In this document: positions 25,601 to 33,084 of the stretch, piece by piece
How the letters are laid out: every line of letters begins with the position of its first letter
Position numbering within the stretch: position 1 is the stretch's first letter
DNA from: Prorocentrum cordatum
Lineage: Eukaryota
Assembly (NCBI GenBank): GCA_963575745.1
Contig: CAUYUJ010000037.1
Location: 558,001-622,000 of the forward strand
Reading direction: 5' to 3'
DNA: 64,000 bases
Position numbers and translations under genes: made by a program
The notes under the pieces: model-generated
What the model saw: the letters and a program-made list of their open reading frames with translations, nothing else
Databases searched by the model: none
What the model was told of the DNA's origin: nothing

Positions 25601-28600
25601 TTACTTACGGACTTACCACAACGAGCTGGCCGACTTCATTACTCGTGCCACGGTGGAGGAGGTACGCCAGCGGATGGCGGAGGCCGGATGGACCGAGCTG
25701 TCGCCGGCAGCACCGTGGGGCGAACTGGTGGAGGAGGCCGCCCAGCGCGAGCTGCGGATGCCAGGAGACGACGGGCCCTGGCGCGCGGCTGCACTCCAAG
25801 TCAAAGGAGCCCGGGAGGCCCTACCACGCTACGCCCCTCTGCAGGTCGAGGGGGCGCGGCTGCTGGAGGTGGGAACCGCGTGGCCCCCCTTTGGGGAGGC
25901 ATGGGAGAGCCTCGGTGGGTCGGCGCTGCTAGCGCCGTGGGATGTCGGTGACCGATGGGACCCGGACGACGGGGACCACCCCGAGGACCCCGCTGGGGCC
26001 CCGCGGACCCGCTGGCTGTGCGTGTCACTATCGGAGGACCCCGGTGGACGCGAAGCGACGGGCCTGGAGCGGCTACTGATCACCACTCGGCCACTGGCCG
26101 TGCTGCTCGACGCCCCCGTCAACTACGCTGCAGTGCGACTAGGGGCGCGCTTACGGCGCCTTGGCTATGTGGCACTCTCCCCAGAGACGCGCCTACTGTG
26201 CACGCACTTCGGCGACGTCACGGCACGCGCGCGGGCGGTCCAGGTTTGGGGTTGCGGGGAACGGGTTCGGGCATCGGGCCCCGTACCCCCCCTGGGACAG
26301 CCCTGCGTGGAGCCACGCGGCCTCTGCCAGCTCTGGAAGGAGGCAGGGCGGCCACCGCTGGATGAGCTCCGCCTGGACCTCGACAACGGCACCTTGCTCG
26401 TGGACCCTCGGATCTCGACGACGGGGGATCGCATGATGCCTTGGCCGCGGGGCACATGGCAGCCCGCGGGAGGCGGGCGGGCCCAGCGCGTGGTGATTCA
26501 TGATCCGCGCGGGCCCTGCCATACGGCACGGGCGAAGCCCGACCCGTTGAAGGGCTATGCGAACACCCTGATCCTGGAAGGGTCCGAGGGCGGCTGGACC
26601 GTGCGAGCCCTGCACCCGAAAGAAATCTGGTGCGCCCAGGGGGGCACGGCGGAGCTGTGGGATGCCTTGGGCCTTGGAGGTATGCCGATCGCCGAGCGCA
26701 TGCGGCAGGCCGCTCGTGCACTCCCGCGTCGCACGGCCCGCTGGGTGCTCCAGTGGGCGGAGCGCCTGCTGAGGCAGGCCGTAGAGGCAGCGAGCGCAAG
26801 CGAGGCACCCGGGGCGCGCGCGGGCGTCGGGCCCGATCACGACCGACTCGCTAATGACGAGATGGTTAAGCTGTGGCTAAAGGCCTGGCTTCAGGCCCCC
26901 GATCGCCCAAGCGGGCCATTCGAGGCTGCGCTGGAGGCGGGGAAGACGACGGACGACGCCGCTCGGTTGGCGGACCAGCTCGACCCCCCTGCTACCGCGC
27001 GGTCCACCGCAGCAGGGGTGGACGGGGCAGGCGGGGAGCGGGTCGGGGCGGTGACCTTCGCTGTTCCGGAAGGCGCGGGCATGCCCAGGCCAAGCGCCGT
27101 GGACGGCGTGGGCGGCGCGGCCCCACCCCCGCGCAAGGCCCGTCGGCGTACCCGCAGCGCCCCTGCTCCCGCGCTGGTGAAGCCCGCCGCCTGGCGGTAC
27201 GCCGGCGGGGGCGCCCCGAAAGGGATTCAAGGTGAACTCACCGACACCCGCGAGCTGGATGCGACCGCCACCGAGGCGATGTTGGCCAAGCTTGCCGAAG
27301 GGACGCGGGCCAATTACAGCGCCGGGTGGCGTAACTGGGTACTCTGGCGGAGGCTCCGAGGCCGGAGCCCATACCTGCAGGGGGAGACTCGGGACGCCCG
27401 CCTTACGGATGAGGATGACCTCATCCGGTATGTCGTGTACCTGTACAAGGTGATGAAGAGGCGAGCCACGACCATCCGCCAGCGCCTGTTCGCCATTCGA
27501 TATGCCCACACCCTGGCCGGGTTTGGGGATGTGACCTCCGATCGGCGCCGGCTCTGGACCACGATCGAGGGACTCCGCCGCTGGGACGGAAAGGCGAAAC
27601 GGAAGCTGCCGGCCACGCCCCGGATGTTGCGCTGGCTCCGAGAGTACTTGTTCGCCCACGGGACGGCCACGCGCCGGGAGGCGACCATCCTATGGGCGGC
27701 GCTTATGACGGGGTACTTTTTCATGCTCCGCGCGTCGGAGTATTTGGTCCAAGAGGACCGCTCCTGGAGTATGGGACGGGTGGTGCGTGGGCAGGACGTA
27801 CAGGGGATGCGCGGAGGTACACCCAGCGCAAGGCTCAGCGACTGCGATGAGGTAGTACTGACGATCACGTCGTCCAAGACGGACCAGTTTAACGCAGGTT
27901 GCGTACGCAACCATTACCGTTCGGGGGTGGAGTTGTGTGTCGTGGACGCACTCGCCGACCTCCAGAGGGAGCTGCCGGACCGGTTTGGACGAGGAACCGA
28001 GGCGGGGCTCCCCCTGTTCCGCCGGCCCGATGGCCACCCGATTATGCGGGAGGAGGTGCAGGGGCTCCTCCAACTCGCGGCTGCCGCCTGCGGCGTGGAC
28101 GCAGGCCAGATGGGATCCCACTCCCTGCGCATCGGGGGCGCGACGGCGTTGTACCACGCCTGTCGCGACCTGGAAGCGGTCAAGAGGTTCGGGAGGTGGT
28201 CCACGGACGCCTTCCACGGATACCTCTGGGAGGACCATCGGCGTCAGGCTCCGTTCGCCCGAGGCATGGCGGAGGGCCACGCCTTATTGGCCCCGGACGC
28301 CCGCGGTGACGACGGCGCCGTGACCGGCGCCCGCCCCGACCAGTTGGCCGGGAGCGATCCGCCCCAGTTTGGGAGCGATCTGAGGCCCTCGGAACGCCCG
28401 GCCTGGGCGCCCGGGCGCCCCCCCTGGGCGCGCCCTTCGGCGCGAGCAGGGTCAACTACGGAGGAGGAAGGAGAGGAGGAATTGGTGAGATACGAGCCAG
28501 GGCGAGGAGTTAATGGGCGTGTGGGAAAGCAGCAGGCGGGTCCCACGGGTATTCAGGTCAGGGCGGGGGCTTCGCGTTGTGGGGGTATCCCGGTGGACCT

Positions 28601-30968
28601 CTCGCCCTCGACCCCCCTTTCGCTACCGCTCCCGATCGCCCCAGGCACGCCCACCTCCTCTTGGTCCTCTCATCCGCAGCCATCTCCCACTCCAGAGCGA
28701 GGCGCGCGAGCAGCGCGCGCACCCCAGCCCCGCGCGCCAGCCGCGCCGTCGCCCCGCGCTCCGGCAGCGTGCATCATGGGATTCCTGGTGGGCCTGGTGG
28801 CCCCGGACCAGAGCAAGGCGCGTGGCCATGACTACAGCATCATGGCGGTGAACCCCCTCGGCGTCGTCGTCTCGGGGGCCGCGCTGTCGGACGAGCTCCG
28901 GAGTGCCGCCCACAACATCCTGTACACGGTGGTGAACGAGCTGGACAGCGAGGACCTCGTCGAGATGGTCAACCACGACCACGAAGCAGCCCCGTGCATC
29001 GCGGCGGCTTGCTTGGCCGCGGGGGCGAGCGAGGACCACGGCCAGCTGGTGATCGTCGACGGCAAGCGGGGTGCGTGGGGGGTGGGCGCGGGGCCGAATA
29101 TCAAGGTCCAGCGCCAGGCGGCCAAGCTGGCGCTCGCCTTGGCCCAGTTCCAGGGGCAGCCCATGCCGGAGCTCCGCGAGCTCTGCAAGCACAACAAGGG
29201 GCTGCTCGACATGATGCGCACAGTGGACGCGGAGGCGGTCGTGGAGCTCACCGACGACGACGCCTCGAGCAGGGGCGAGGGGAAGTCGACCCCAGCCCCG
29301 GTCCTCGAGGCGGGAGAGGACGCGGTCACCGCGGCGCTGGCGCGTGCGGCCATCCAGGCTGCCGCGCGGCGCCAGAGCAAAGGCGCTCCAAAGGCGCGCC
29401 CGCGGCCCGCGCGGTCGCCGGGCCAGGAGCGCCTCGCCGAAGAGGTCCGCAAGCGCGAGAGGCGCCCTGCGCCCTTGCGCTCGCCTTCGCGCGCGAGGCG
29501 CCGCGATCGCGAGCGCGATGCGCCTCGCGATCGCGGGCGCAGGGGACAGGAGGAGGAGGCCGTCTTGAAACCCAAGACGGGCGGCGCCCCCCCGAAGGCC
29601 GACATCGTGAAGCGTGAGGCCGTCCTGAAGCCCAAGAGCGGGGGGGCGCCGCCGCGGTCCTTCGAGGTGAAGACCGAGGTGGAGGAGGCGCCAGGCGCGG
29701 GGGACGGGCCGCCCCAGCGCCAGCCGCGCTCGAGGAGCCGCCGTAGGCGCAAGGAGGAGCAGCGCCAGGGCGCCCAGCAGCAGCCCAGTGACCAGCACGA
29801 CGAGGGCGAGTCCATCATCCGCATCGAGCGGGTACCGCACCACGTCGATGCCGAGGTGGTCAGGCAGGTGGTCGTGCCCTTCGGGGTCGTCAAACACATC
29901 GCCTTCCTGTACGACCACCGCCACAAGCGGGAGCCGTGCGTGCTGGTGGAGTTCCAGCGCCGCGCTGACGCAAAGCGCGCGCGGGAGTGCATGAGGTCGA
30001 ACTATCGGTTCTACAAGACGGACCCGTGCACGGTGGTCACGGAGTGGGCGAGCCGGCCTCGCGGCCCTGACCCAGGCAGCGACGGGGAGGATGGGCCGAC
30101 CATCCAGCCGCCTGCCTGCCCGACATGCGCACTCAAGATGCGCTGGAGCTCCTTTGACCCGGGAGACGGTTGGGGTTGCGAGATGTGCCCCGCGGGCGGA
30201 GCTAACAGCGGAGCCCTGCGGTGGCACTGTAAGGGGTGCGACGTGAGCTACTGCGAGGCTTGCCGCGTCGCCTTCGGCAAACCCAAGACGGTGGTGGAGA
30301 AGGCCCGGCGGAGCGGCCACACCGTGCGGGAGGCGCCGGGCCCCAGTGTCGGCCATGGCGAGCGCCCCAGCACGGGTGCCACGGGTGCGGGGGCTGAGGG
30401 GGACCGCCCGCCGGGCGACCTCAGCTGGCCCAAGCGTGAGAGGTCGCCCAGCCGCCACCGGCCCAAGCGCGAGAGGTCGCCCAGCCACAGTCTGGCGCGG
30501 GACCCAGCGTGGGCGCGGCGCGGCGACACCCCGCCCGGCCGCACGCGGCGTAAGACCGGGAAGCACGCTGGGCAGCTTCGCGCTCCTCGCGGCGGCTGGT
30601 ACGAGCAGGAGAAAAAGCGGCGGCGTGCTGCCGCCGCGGAGGCTGCCGCGGGCGGGGGTGGGATCCCAGCCTGGCGTGGCAAGGGCGCGGGCGACAAGGG
30701 CGGCAAGGGCGGCAAGGTCAAGGGCAAGTACTCCGGCAAGGCCGCCAAGGGCTCCAAGAGCGGCGGCAAGGGCGACAAGAGCGGCAAGGGCGGCCACTCC
30801 AAGGGCGACCAGGGCAGCCGCGGCCGGAGTGAGCGCGACTGGCCCAGCGCGGACGGTCGCGCGTCGAGGGGCGGCGATGGCAGCAGCCCCCGGGACCCCA
30901 GTGAGCGCGGCGGAGACCGCAGCGGAGGCGAGAGCCGCGACCGCCGGGGGAACACGCCCTCCATCTAG
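16656..30968 (+). CDS. 4770-aa polyprotein: hydrophobic N-terminus, Gag-like/CCCH, C5-MTase-like, RT, RNase H, degenerate MTase-like, tyrosine recombinase, dsRBD-like motif, RRM, Zn finger, RS/GK-rich tail
   Basis: 14.3-kb uninterrupted ORF. RT: KRDVSRAFKW, MVFGWTGAPGNY, WLMDD. RNase H: GGDAT, VELL, YVTDN, HNELADFITR. YR: FFMLRASEY, SKTDQ, SHSLRIGGATAL, FGRW...GYL. Confidence 0.92.
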   Translation: MAVGFLGAHLMILVTGGALTVQGALGWLPFGRGGHEVPAPTPPALPGPTAPPAGGGGRGKGRGPPAKPAPAGGKGRGPQAKPPGTPGVPPPPRSGSTTTTTTAGIGRVGEGEPTGSPATPAYGGNNEPTGAPGQPSAPGNRTGDGEPDLPRGPDGYWGWSGWVPHLPHWWAGRSEPPPPPPPPTPPPEAGPGPGWGFAAWVFEVAGYGAWVSSPDHPGTIRTSGGWFGSAVDRLGVKMLGYWWETAVLCFALGIFTFVLGALAFIVNTAAQPMLWAAGGLRWAWYQITRCCQRRGGDGPGAHLPPPPPTPLLVRWRGPGLGGVVETEFYTKGVRGRGTNRAYNHVLLRKHGQVARISCNFADRYRLDRHGLNIKIGQVLGCTSRKWRLNLEETGNVHLCRAVECASCPVAHPMHVDQYAAIDHTQIVDLAEHGRATACRAVGVGLRKVFGVVKWLLCSPWSVLGWLCRGRPEPRYITDATGYRRLDIDSESEVEAEERPCQAAQVGVQLAGGARPLQPEGCGDRGMQEATVLLQEDAEVSDVPRPGHCLNAQVHLCAHHAQKYRSTLIGRKCSLPTCLRMAKGSCGGGPMCGEHLRRDEGHTVRVEATVQPGILGGLRRRMRARAPSPARVRDWTAHAADGVGIAAEPVYPPPLPPPAAPPPPAVAPSVDVEPTGAQALTSGPQPRRTRSAEARASGRSRSADRGAPGDRIAHHGWLQEPLLVKVCPILPGDPRGAEEAHGAPPASPWFILLGECEGLDARGTGGDARLIIGTSLEGVRVEVPASEVVRHPPPLEDGRYPIDWINRLLYEVPQGAREVGLRVIAHHIPQDLLAMLRQEQWGGVDVESASGWRRRYLTNTERQQLQHDPVRTLGHHRRGGAQGAPPAPGMEGLPRPAPVAALSRLAAAAAGVSEDAEEPDPLEMFMDSLRAEDLKGRGGQAAALSALGMAADLLGVPLDQAERQLRRRVAQVAAAGPLGSDLERALADLEDAQLEARARERAAAADKVPLQGSLSREGSRSRSARGRDPSPKQGPRRELFGAMPPIQPTGPRRGLLGDRDLLARDGRGGAARGANPLLDGASVLGHLTGQTPHGGGLGGERAGGPDDAGAAGALGGLAVEAEAQIIERLDRQNRLTERHVLAAERQARATEGDKKARGTRAGIGRDEELDLYIARGCNTFVVEACEGITGKDLFDSLKRMCAHSKSTLKTIGFPCLVTNRVAHGYAALAFGTGPHDLAVDDCVPARDEDFDGYRLPVDDKLEPRQRPATHMATWFKRARCEIQMFESIIGVAHGAERRRSLGFLEAAFERDPSEFPDHWVKDLWEELRSTWVEELRELRRRLCRELDTENPRREDIKYILLMPENGYDLPRTFDLGDPNAYYQQVVVPRRKAALTRLLNGQLNAHLTKRPPKAGGSEEMGDPRPTAQGDDRPKAGAGPQPKAGPKAGTGAPAGTAPKRAYPAGKELTRPERTRSVAHAPRNKDNVPICWGATTHMGCSRKACDCPNSHDPIKSTRGLDYSVVMQLTRRGGLLGTPRIDPKQVDGMIAQLRSQAKAAEAEKVGEDTSPPAPPDSQKEKGRGRGGGSRAAGDPGPGQAPDDYTALQLTAMESDLREAVKGPDFGWLEDHDHPRAAATWDAQPAGDGPELRLKLMQELEAEGIFAPLKGASEYLQSHVRGRVLGARLRGERLTLERALEEAVDRGHRGLSSEAADLHEALSCAAGYVTEGGAEVGPVAWDPGGLIGRGSYTFWDGDTRIQWDFIDYRDRLGPTEEMGQAMGLEVGDTEERQCLLLHVAAGVLLLRAGEGTGEPSPDAVQQLAATYRHALWEEAHEALRALGDSPPWITALEADVRSYVHDAVHPHHDKDYRCLAACPVADLDAVTLQVHRVNGSGRLCVDHLMGTGVGAEDHVIPLLIWRGHMRALRPRSHAEAAALGQRWGHAGRLSREIVSVGWREMLDEGPDVEPTVPGKSAPCTHCKAAEGRAGRAVGRAPASFGEHPADVQARLLEANAMPLRHDPAFAYGLIAQEVYAGSGNWSAALRAEGIRVLEPIEYYDDPLRESGPRPDHDTLDPAVRARLQEAARTPMGPDVANVWCWGTPCGSYTDLGLMAQPGGTPQGTRTWEHPEGDGSKEFERVGNSHTQFTCDTCRILHDAGKEFLIESSCPSGRYPKIWDQAPMHELRRATGAMIVPIHMCAWGKAPSDAPESRYRKGSWWLVSPRLYLHALLLARRCPRDHHHVELKDHVPGSGIKRTKEAQVWAPRLCAAWAKVLKGAYHRWSVSQLRRQLAPIWEDGPGASPKIARAEAPGRLQGVDFTGIERLQASGDGSKCGRLSPAMHRALAGLPKPPLGKAQGEVSAGKTRPPCEDPARDIAEDLDGCSPAELATVYLTFCTEHPEYDPEAMRTLVGLGDQLLQRTGSLKEAAALLRRARHERLGNPLRGVLGDKVRRCLSREHFEYVRELAEGGASARRGAPRRRERAQPYPSVRAHIDEAYQKVWADVTWGIVLVASQAAEGFLTELVEAPLGRVPKQLPDRTLSSEGRMIHAMLSANAATHKRDHPPAVQPRHRQVARTAVWHRARHPGARLLCAKRDVSRAFKWLDIAPADVGDFGTSLPGAHAGIEGDVRVVYLAMVFGWTGAPGNYMMLALAARELHESYRPGEPHWHDTTHFHSEWLMDDPVVVEPDIGVRPWMACDALDASIREVFGSEAVNVSKRDAEGEPSTTQIIWGLSMDFERERVGLPEPKAMKMRFLLAEPELSFGCRMVRLRTARELSGLGQFCACAAPALSLELPAVHRMLSGDPGQAYVHPPGDPEMVEAAWDDWHQTLDWLRVCFEMPVEGNFETSFEGLLGLREALALPGALGKLRWLGGDATLDRIGALDWSSREYIVAEAAPYLETLRSAPGVTWQGGGEIIAVVELLCLIALAAEKGPDWFQLLLPYVTDNSNVSRWLRRRRARNAVARHLLRVLAMLELRYKFRVLDGLYLRTYHNELADFITRATVEEVRQRMAEAGWTELSPAAPWGELVEEAAQRELRMPGDDGPWRAAALQVKGAREALPRYAPLQVEGARLLEVGTAWPPFGEAWESLGGSALLAPWDVGDRWDPDDGDHPEDPAGAPRTRWLCVSLSEDPGGREATGLERLLITTRPLAVLLDAPVNYAAVRLGARLRRLGYVALSPETRLLCTHFGDVTARARAVQVWGCGERVRASGPVPPLGQPCVEPRGLCQLWKEAGRPPLDELRLDLDNGTLLVDPRISTTGDRMMPWPRGTWQPAGGGRAQRVVIHDPRGPCHTARAKPDPLKGYANTLILEGSEGGWTVRALHPKEIWCAQGGTAELWDALGLGGMPIAERMRQAARALPRRTARWVLQWAERLLRQAVEAASASEAPGARAGVGPDHDRLANDEMVKLWLKAWLQAPDRPSGPFEAALEAGKTTDDAARLADQLDPPATARSTAAGVDGAGGERVGAVTFAVPEGAGMPRPSAVDGVGGAAPPPRKARRRTRSAPAPALVKPAAWRYAGGGAPKGIQGELTDTRELDATATEAMLAKLAEGTRANYSAGWRNWVLWRRLRGRSPYLQGETRDARLTDEDDLIRYVVYLYKVMKRRATTIRQRLFAIRYAHTLAGFGDVTSDRRRLWTTIEGLRRWDGKAKRKLPATPRMLRWLREYLFAHGTATRREATILWAALMTGYFFMLRASEYLVQEDRSWSMGRVVRGQDVQGMRGGTPSARLSDCDEVVLTITSSKTDQFNAGCVRNHYRSGVELCVVDALADLQRELPDRFGRGTEAGLPLFRRPDGHPIMREEVQGLLQLAAAACGVDAGQMGSHSLRIGGATALYHACRDLEAVKRFGRWSTDAFHGYLWEDHRRQAPFARGMAEGHALLAPDARGDDGAVTGARPDQLAGSDPPQFGSDLRPSERPAWAPGRPPWARPSARAGSTTEEEGEEELVRYEPGRGVNGRVGKQQAGPTGIQVRAGASRCGGIPVDLSPSTPLSLPLPIAPGTPTSSWSSHPQPSPTPERGARAARAPQPRAPAAPSPRAPAACIMGFLVGLVAPDQSKARGHDYSIMAVNPLGVVVSGAALSDELRSAAHNILYTVVNELDSEDLVEMVNHDHEAAPCIAAACLAAGASEDHGQLVIVDGKRGAWGVGAGPNIKVQRQAAKLALALAQFQGQPMPELRELCKHNKGLLDMMRTVDAEAVVELTDDDASSRGEGKSTPAPVLEAGEDAVTAALARAAIQAAARRQSKGAPKARPRPARSPGQERLAEEVRKRERRPAPLRSPSRARRRDRERDAPRDRGRRGQEEEAVLKPKTGGAPPKADIVKREAVLKPKSGGAPPRSFEVKTEVEEAPGAGDGPPQRQPRSRSRRRRKEEQRQGAQQQPSDQHDEGESIIRIERVPHHVDAEVVRQVVVPFGVVKHIAFLYDHRHKREPCVLVEFQRRADAKRARECMRSNYRFYKTDPCTVVTEWASRPRGPDPGSDGEDGPTIQPPACPTCALKMRWSSFDPGDGWGCEMCPAGGANSGALRWHCKGCDVSYCEACRVAFGKPKTVVEKARRSGHTVREAPGPSVGHGERPSTGATGAGAEGDRPPGDLSWPKRERSPSRHRPKRERSPSHSLARDPAWARRGDTPPGRTRRKTGKHAGQLRAPRGGWYEQEKKRRRAAAAEAAAGGGGIPAWRGKGAGDKGGKGGKVKGKYSGKAAKGSKSGGKGDKSGKGGHSKGDQGSRGRSERDWPSADGRASRGGDGSSPRDPSERGGDRSGGESRDRRGNTPSI
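22725..23480 (+). other. C5 cytosine DNA-methyltransferase-like domain 1 within the polyprotein
   Basis: Motif I-like EVYAGSG (22734), motif IV GTPC (Cys at 22950), motif VI-like FLIES, motif VIII-like HMCAWG...RYRK, C-terminal VWAPRLCAAWA. Confidence 0.75.
24200..25650 (+). other. Reverse transcriptase and RNase H domains
   Basis: D-containing motif KRDVSRAF, MVFGW, WLMDD at 24672-24686; RNase H D-E-D-D residues between about 25258 and 25645. Confidence 0.9.
25850..26770 (+). other. Second, degenerate methyltransferase-like domain
   Basis: RLLEVG (motif I-like), AVLLDAP (motif VI position), LLCTHFGDVTARARAVQV (motif VIII-like), VRALHPKEIWCAQG (motif IX-like). No PC motif seen. Confidence 0.55.
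27280..28235 (+). other. Tyrosine recombinase (integrase) with N-terminal core-binding region
   Basis: TRANYSAGW, LRASEY (R), SKTDQ (K), HSLR (H,R), GRW (W), GYL (Y): full R-K-H-R-W-Y set. Confidence 0.93.
29810..30050 (+). other. RRM-like domain
   Basis: RNP2-like IIRIERVP, FGVVKHI, RNP1-like PCVLVEF, helix RADAKRARECM. Confidence 0.75.
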
Positions 30969-31077
30969 GCGCGGAGCTCCCCCCCCCCGTACCCCGACGC
31001 CAGCGCCCGCGGCATCGCGGGCGCGGGCTGACGGCGGCGGCCTGTGAGTGAGTCGGCCCTCCTCTCAGCCCACCGTG

Positions 31078-31211
31078 CGCAGGTGGCGCCTGCGATCCTT
31101 GAGCCTACGGTGCGCAGGTGGCGCCTGCGAGCTTGTTTCTTTTAGCCTACGGTACGCAGGTGGCGCCTGCGATCTCTTTCTTTAGCCTACGGTACGCAGG
31201 TGGCGCCTGCG
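31078..31211 (+). repeat. Four tandem copies of hairpin CGCAGGTGGCGCCTGCG, period 35-42 bp, in the element 3' UTR
   Basis: Copies start at 31078, 31113, 31155 and 31195. Stem CGCAGG/CCTGCG; linkers share agcctacggt. Confidence 0.9.
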
Positions 31212-31527
31212 ATCCTCCCTCTTGGAGGAGTTTAACGCTGCGCGCACGTCGCGTGCTTCCTGGACCCGGCCGTGCTGCGCGTCTTGCGCGCCGTGCGGTC
31301 GGGGCCACACTTGCGCTCTGCGCCCGGCGCCTCGTGCGCCGCCACCCTTTTCGGTTCTTTTGCGCGCATCGCGCACGCGCCGCGCCCGCGCTCTGGGTGC
31401 GCGGGCGCGGAAGGCCTCAAGGTTGCAGGCAAGTGGCCGCGCGCGCGAGGCTCTTGCAGCCTCTGATCCCGCCCTCGCACTCGGGCGGGGCGCCCCCGCG
31501 CGCGCGGCTGCGTCTTTCTTTTCTCAT

Positions 31528-32087
31528 GGCCGAGCGGCCGCAGGCGTGCCAGAGCGCGAGCGCGCGGGCCGTCAGGGCCCACGCGCTCGCGTTGAGCGTG
31601 GGGCCACCAGGGCCCACGCTCGGCGGAGATGCGCGTCGCCACGCTGCCATGAAAATACCTTCGCCCTGTCCTGTCCCTCTCTCGTCCCCTCCTCTCCTCC
31701 TCCTCCTCCGTTGAGTGCACGCGTATCTCACTTAACTTGTATAGTCTGATTGGTTGTAGACTGCAGGTTAAGTGGGAGGGGGTGTGGGCTCAGGTAGCCA
31801 TTTTGGGTCCGTAGCGTTCGGCTCTGGCCGACGCGCGGGTGCCCACCCACCCCGCTTTGCTCCCAGACGCTTGCGTCGGCCGAGCGGCCGCAGGCGTGCC
31901 AGAGCGCGAGCGCGCGGGCCGTCAGGGCCCACGCGCTCGCGTTGAGCGTGGGGCCACCAGGGCCCACGCTCGGCGGAGATGCGCGTCGCCACGCTGCCAT
32001 GAAAATACCATCGCCCTGTCCTGGTCCCTCTCTCGTCCCCTCCTCTCCTCCTCCTCCTCCGTTGAGTGCACGCGTATCTCACTTAAC
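31528..32087 (+). repeat. B1-A2-spacer-B2 terminal repeat block
   Basis: B1 31528-31736, A2 31737-31841, 36-bp spacer, B2 31878-32087. B copies differ by one substitution and one 1-bp indel by eye. Confidence 0.95.
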
Positions 32088-32344
32088 CCAGCAGCTGCGC
32101 CTCTCCGAAAGCGTGCCGGGGGTGCCCGGGTCGTCCCGAAGGCCCACGGGGGAGCTGAGCTGCGGCACAAAAGGGAGGATATGTGTGAGGAGAAGGGGTC
32201 CTGGCAGTGCTTAAAAAGTCTGGGGCTCCCCAGAGCCCTCTCCCGAGGGCCGTCCGCTTGCGGGCTCCCTGGGGCCCTCTCCCGAGGGCCGCCGGGAGGG
32301 CGCCAATCGGTTCGCGGTTCGCGATTCGAGATTCGCGATTCGTA

Positions 32345-33048
32345 CTCCTCCTCTCTCGTCCTCCTCCTCCTCATTCTCCTCCTCCTCCTCCTCCTCGTCC
32401 TCCTGCTCCTCCTCCTGCTCCTCCTCAGCCTCCTCCTCCTCCTGTACGCTGGGCTGCTCCTCCTTCTCCTCCTCATCCTCCTCCTCTTCCTCCTCCTCCC
32501 GTTCTCCTCCTCTCTCCTTCTGCCCTCCTCCTCCTCTTCCTCCTTTTTCTCCTCCTCCGCGTGCACTCGTCCTCCTCATCCTCCTCGTCCTCCTCTTCCT
32601 CATCTTCCTCCTCCTTTACGCTGGGCTCCCCCTCCTCCTGCTCCTCCTCCTCCTCGTCTCCCTCCTCCTATGTGTCATACTCGCCTTGGCCTCATTTGCT
32701 CCTCCTCCACCCCGCCTCCTACTCCACTTTCCTCCTGCCCTCGATGCCCTCCTGCTGCTCTTTAGTTCATGATGATCTCCGCCTGCGACACTGAGCACGC
32801 CGGATCGCCGGCTTCTCTGTGTTTGGTTTGCCGGCGGGGGACGCCGACTTCCGCCAACCGCGGCCTCCTCGTCCTCGGATCACAGGCCTCCTCTTGGCTC
32901 CTCCGCGCAAGCGGCACGATGCAGCACCACGCCGCCGCCTCGTCGGCCGCACGTTTAACCTCGACCTCCTTCTCCTCCTCGTCCTCGCTCATCCTCCGCC
33001 CTCCGCCTCCTCCTCCTCCTCCTCCTCCTCCTCCTCCTCCTCCCCCTC
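32345..33048. repeat. (CCT)n-rich microsatellite tracts
   Basis: Direct inspection, 32345-32760 and 32960-33048. Confidence 0.9.
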
Positions 33049-33050
33049 CA

Positions 33051-33084
33051 TCAAGCAACTGGGGCTCAAGTCCATTTTGGCAAG
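33051..33084 (+). other. Tandem dinoflagellate spliced-leader relics
   Basis: TCAAG-CAACTGGGGCTCAAG-TCCATTTTGGCAAG compared with the relic unit CCATTTTGGCTCAAG. Confidence 0.65.

Larger units (their letters stand above)
16478..32087 (+). mobile_element. Full-length tyrosine-recombinase retrotransposon (DIRS order, split-direct-repeat PAT/Ngaro-type structure) carrying cytosine methyltransferase-like domains
   Basis: A1 16478-16582 equals A2 31737-31841; B1 31528-31736 nearly equals B2 31878-32087. Order is A1-ORF-B1-A2-B2. ORF encodes RT, RNase H and YR motifs. Confidence 0.93.

Noticed and set aside
28623..30797. 724-aa antisense ORF and other shadow ORFs across the polyprotein
   Set aside because: Expected from high GC and codon bias opposite a real ORF; no recognisable motifs.
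31078..31211. CRISPR array
   Set aside because: The repeat is only 17 bp, the linkers resemble each other rather than being unique spacers, there are no cas genes, and the context is eukaryotic.
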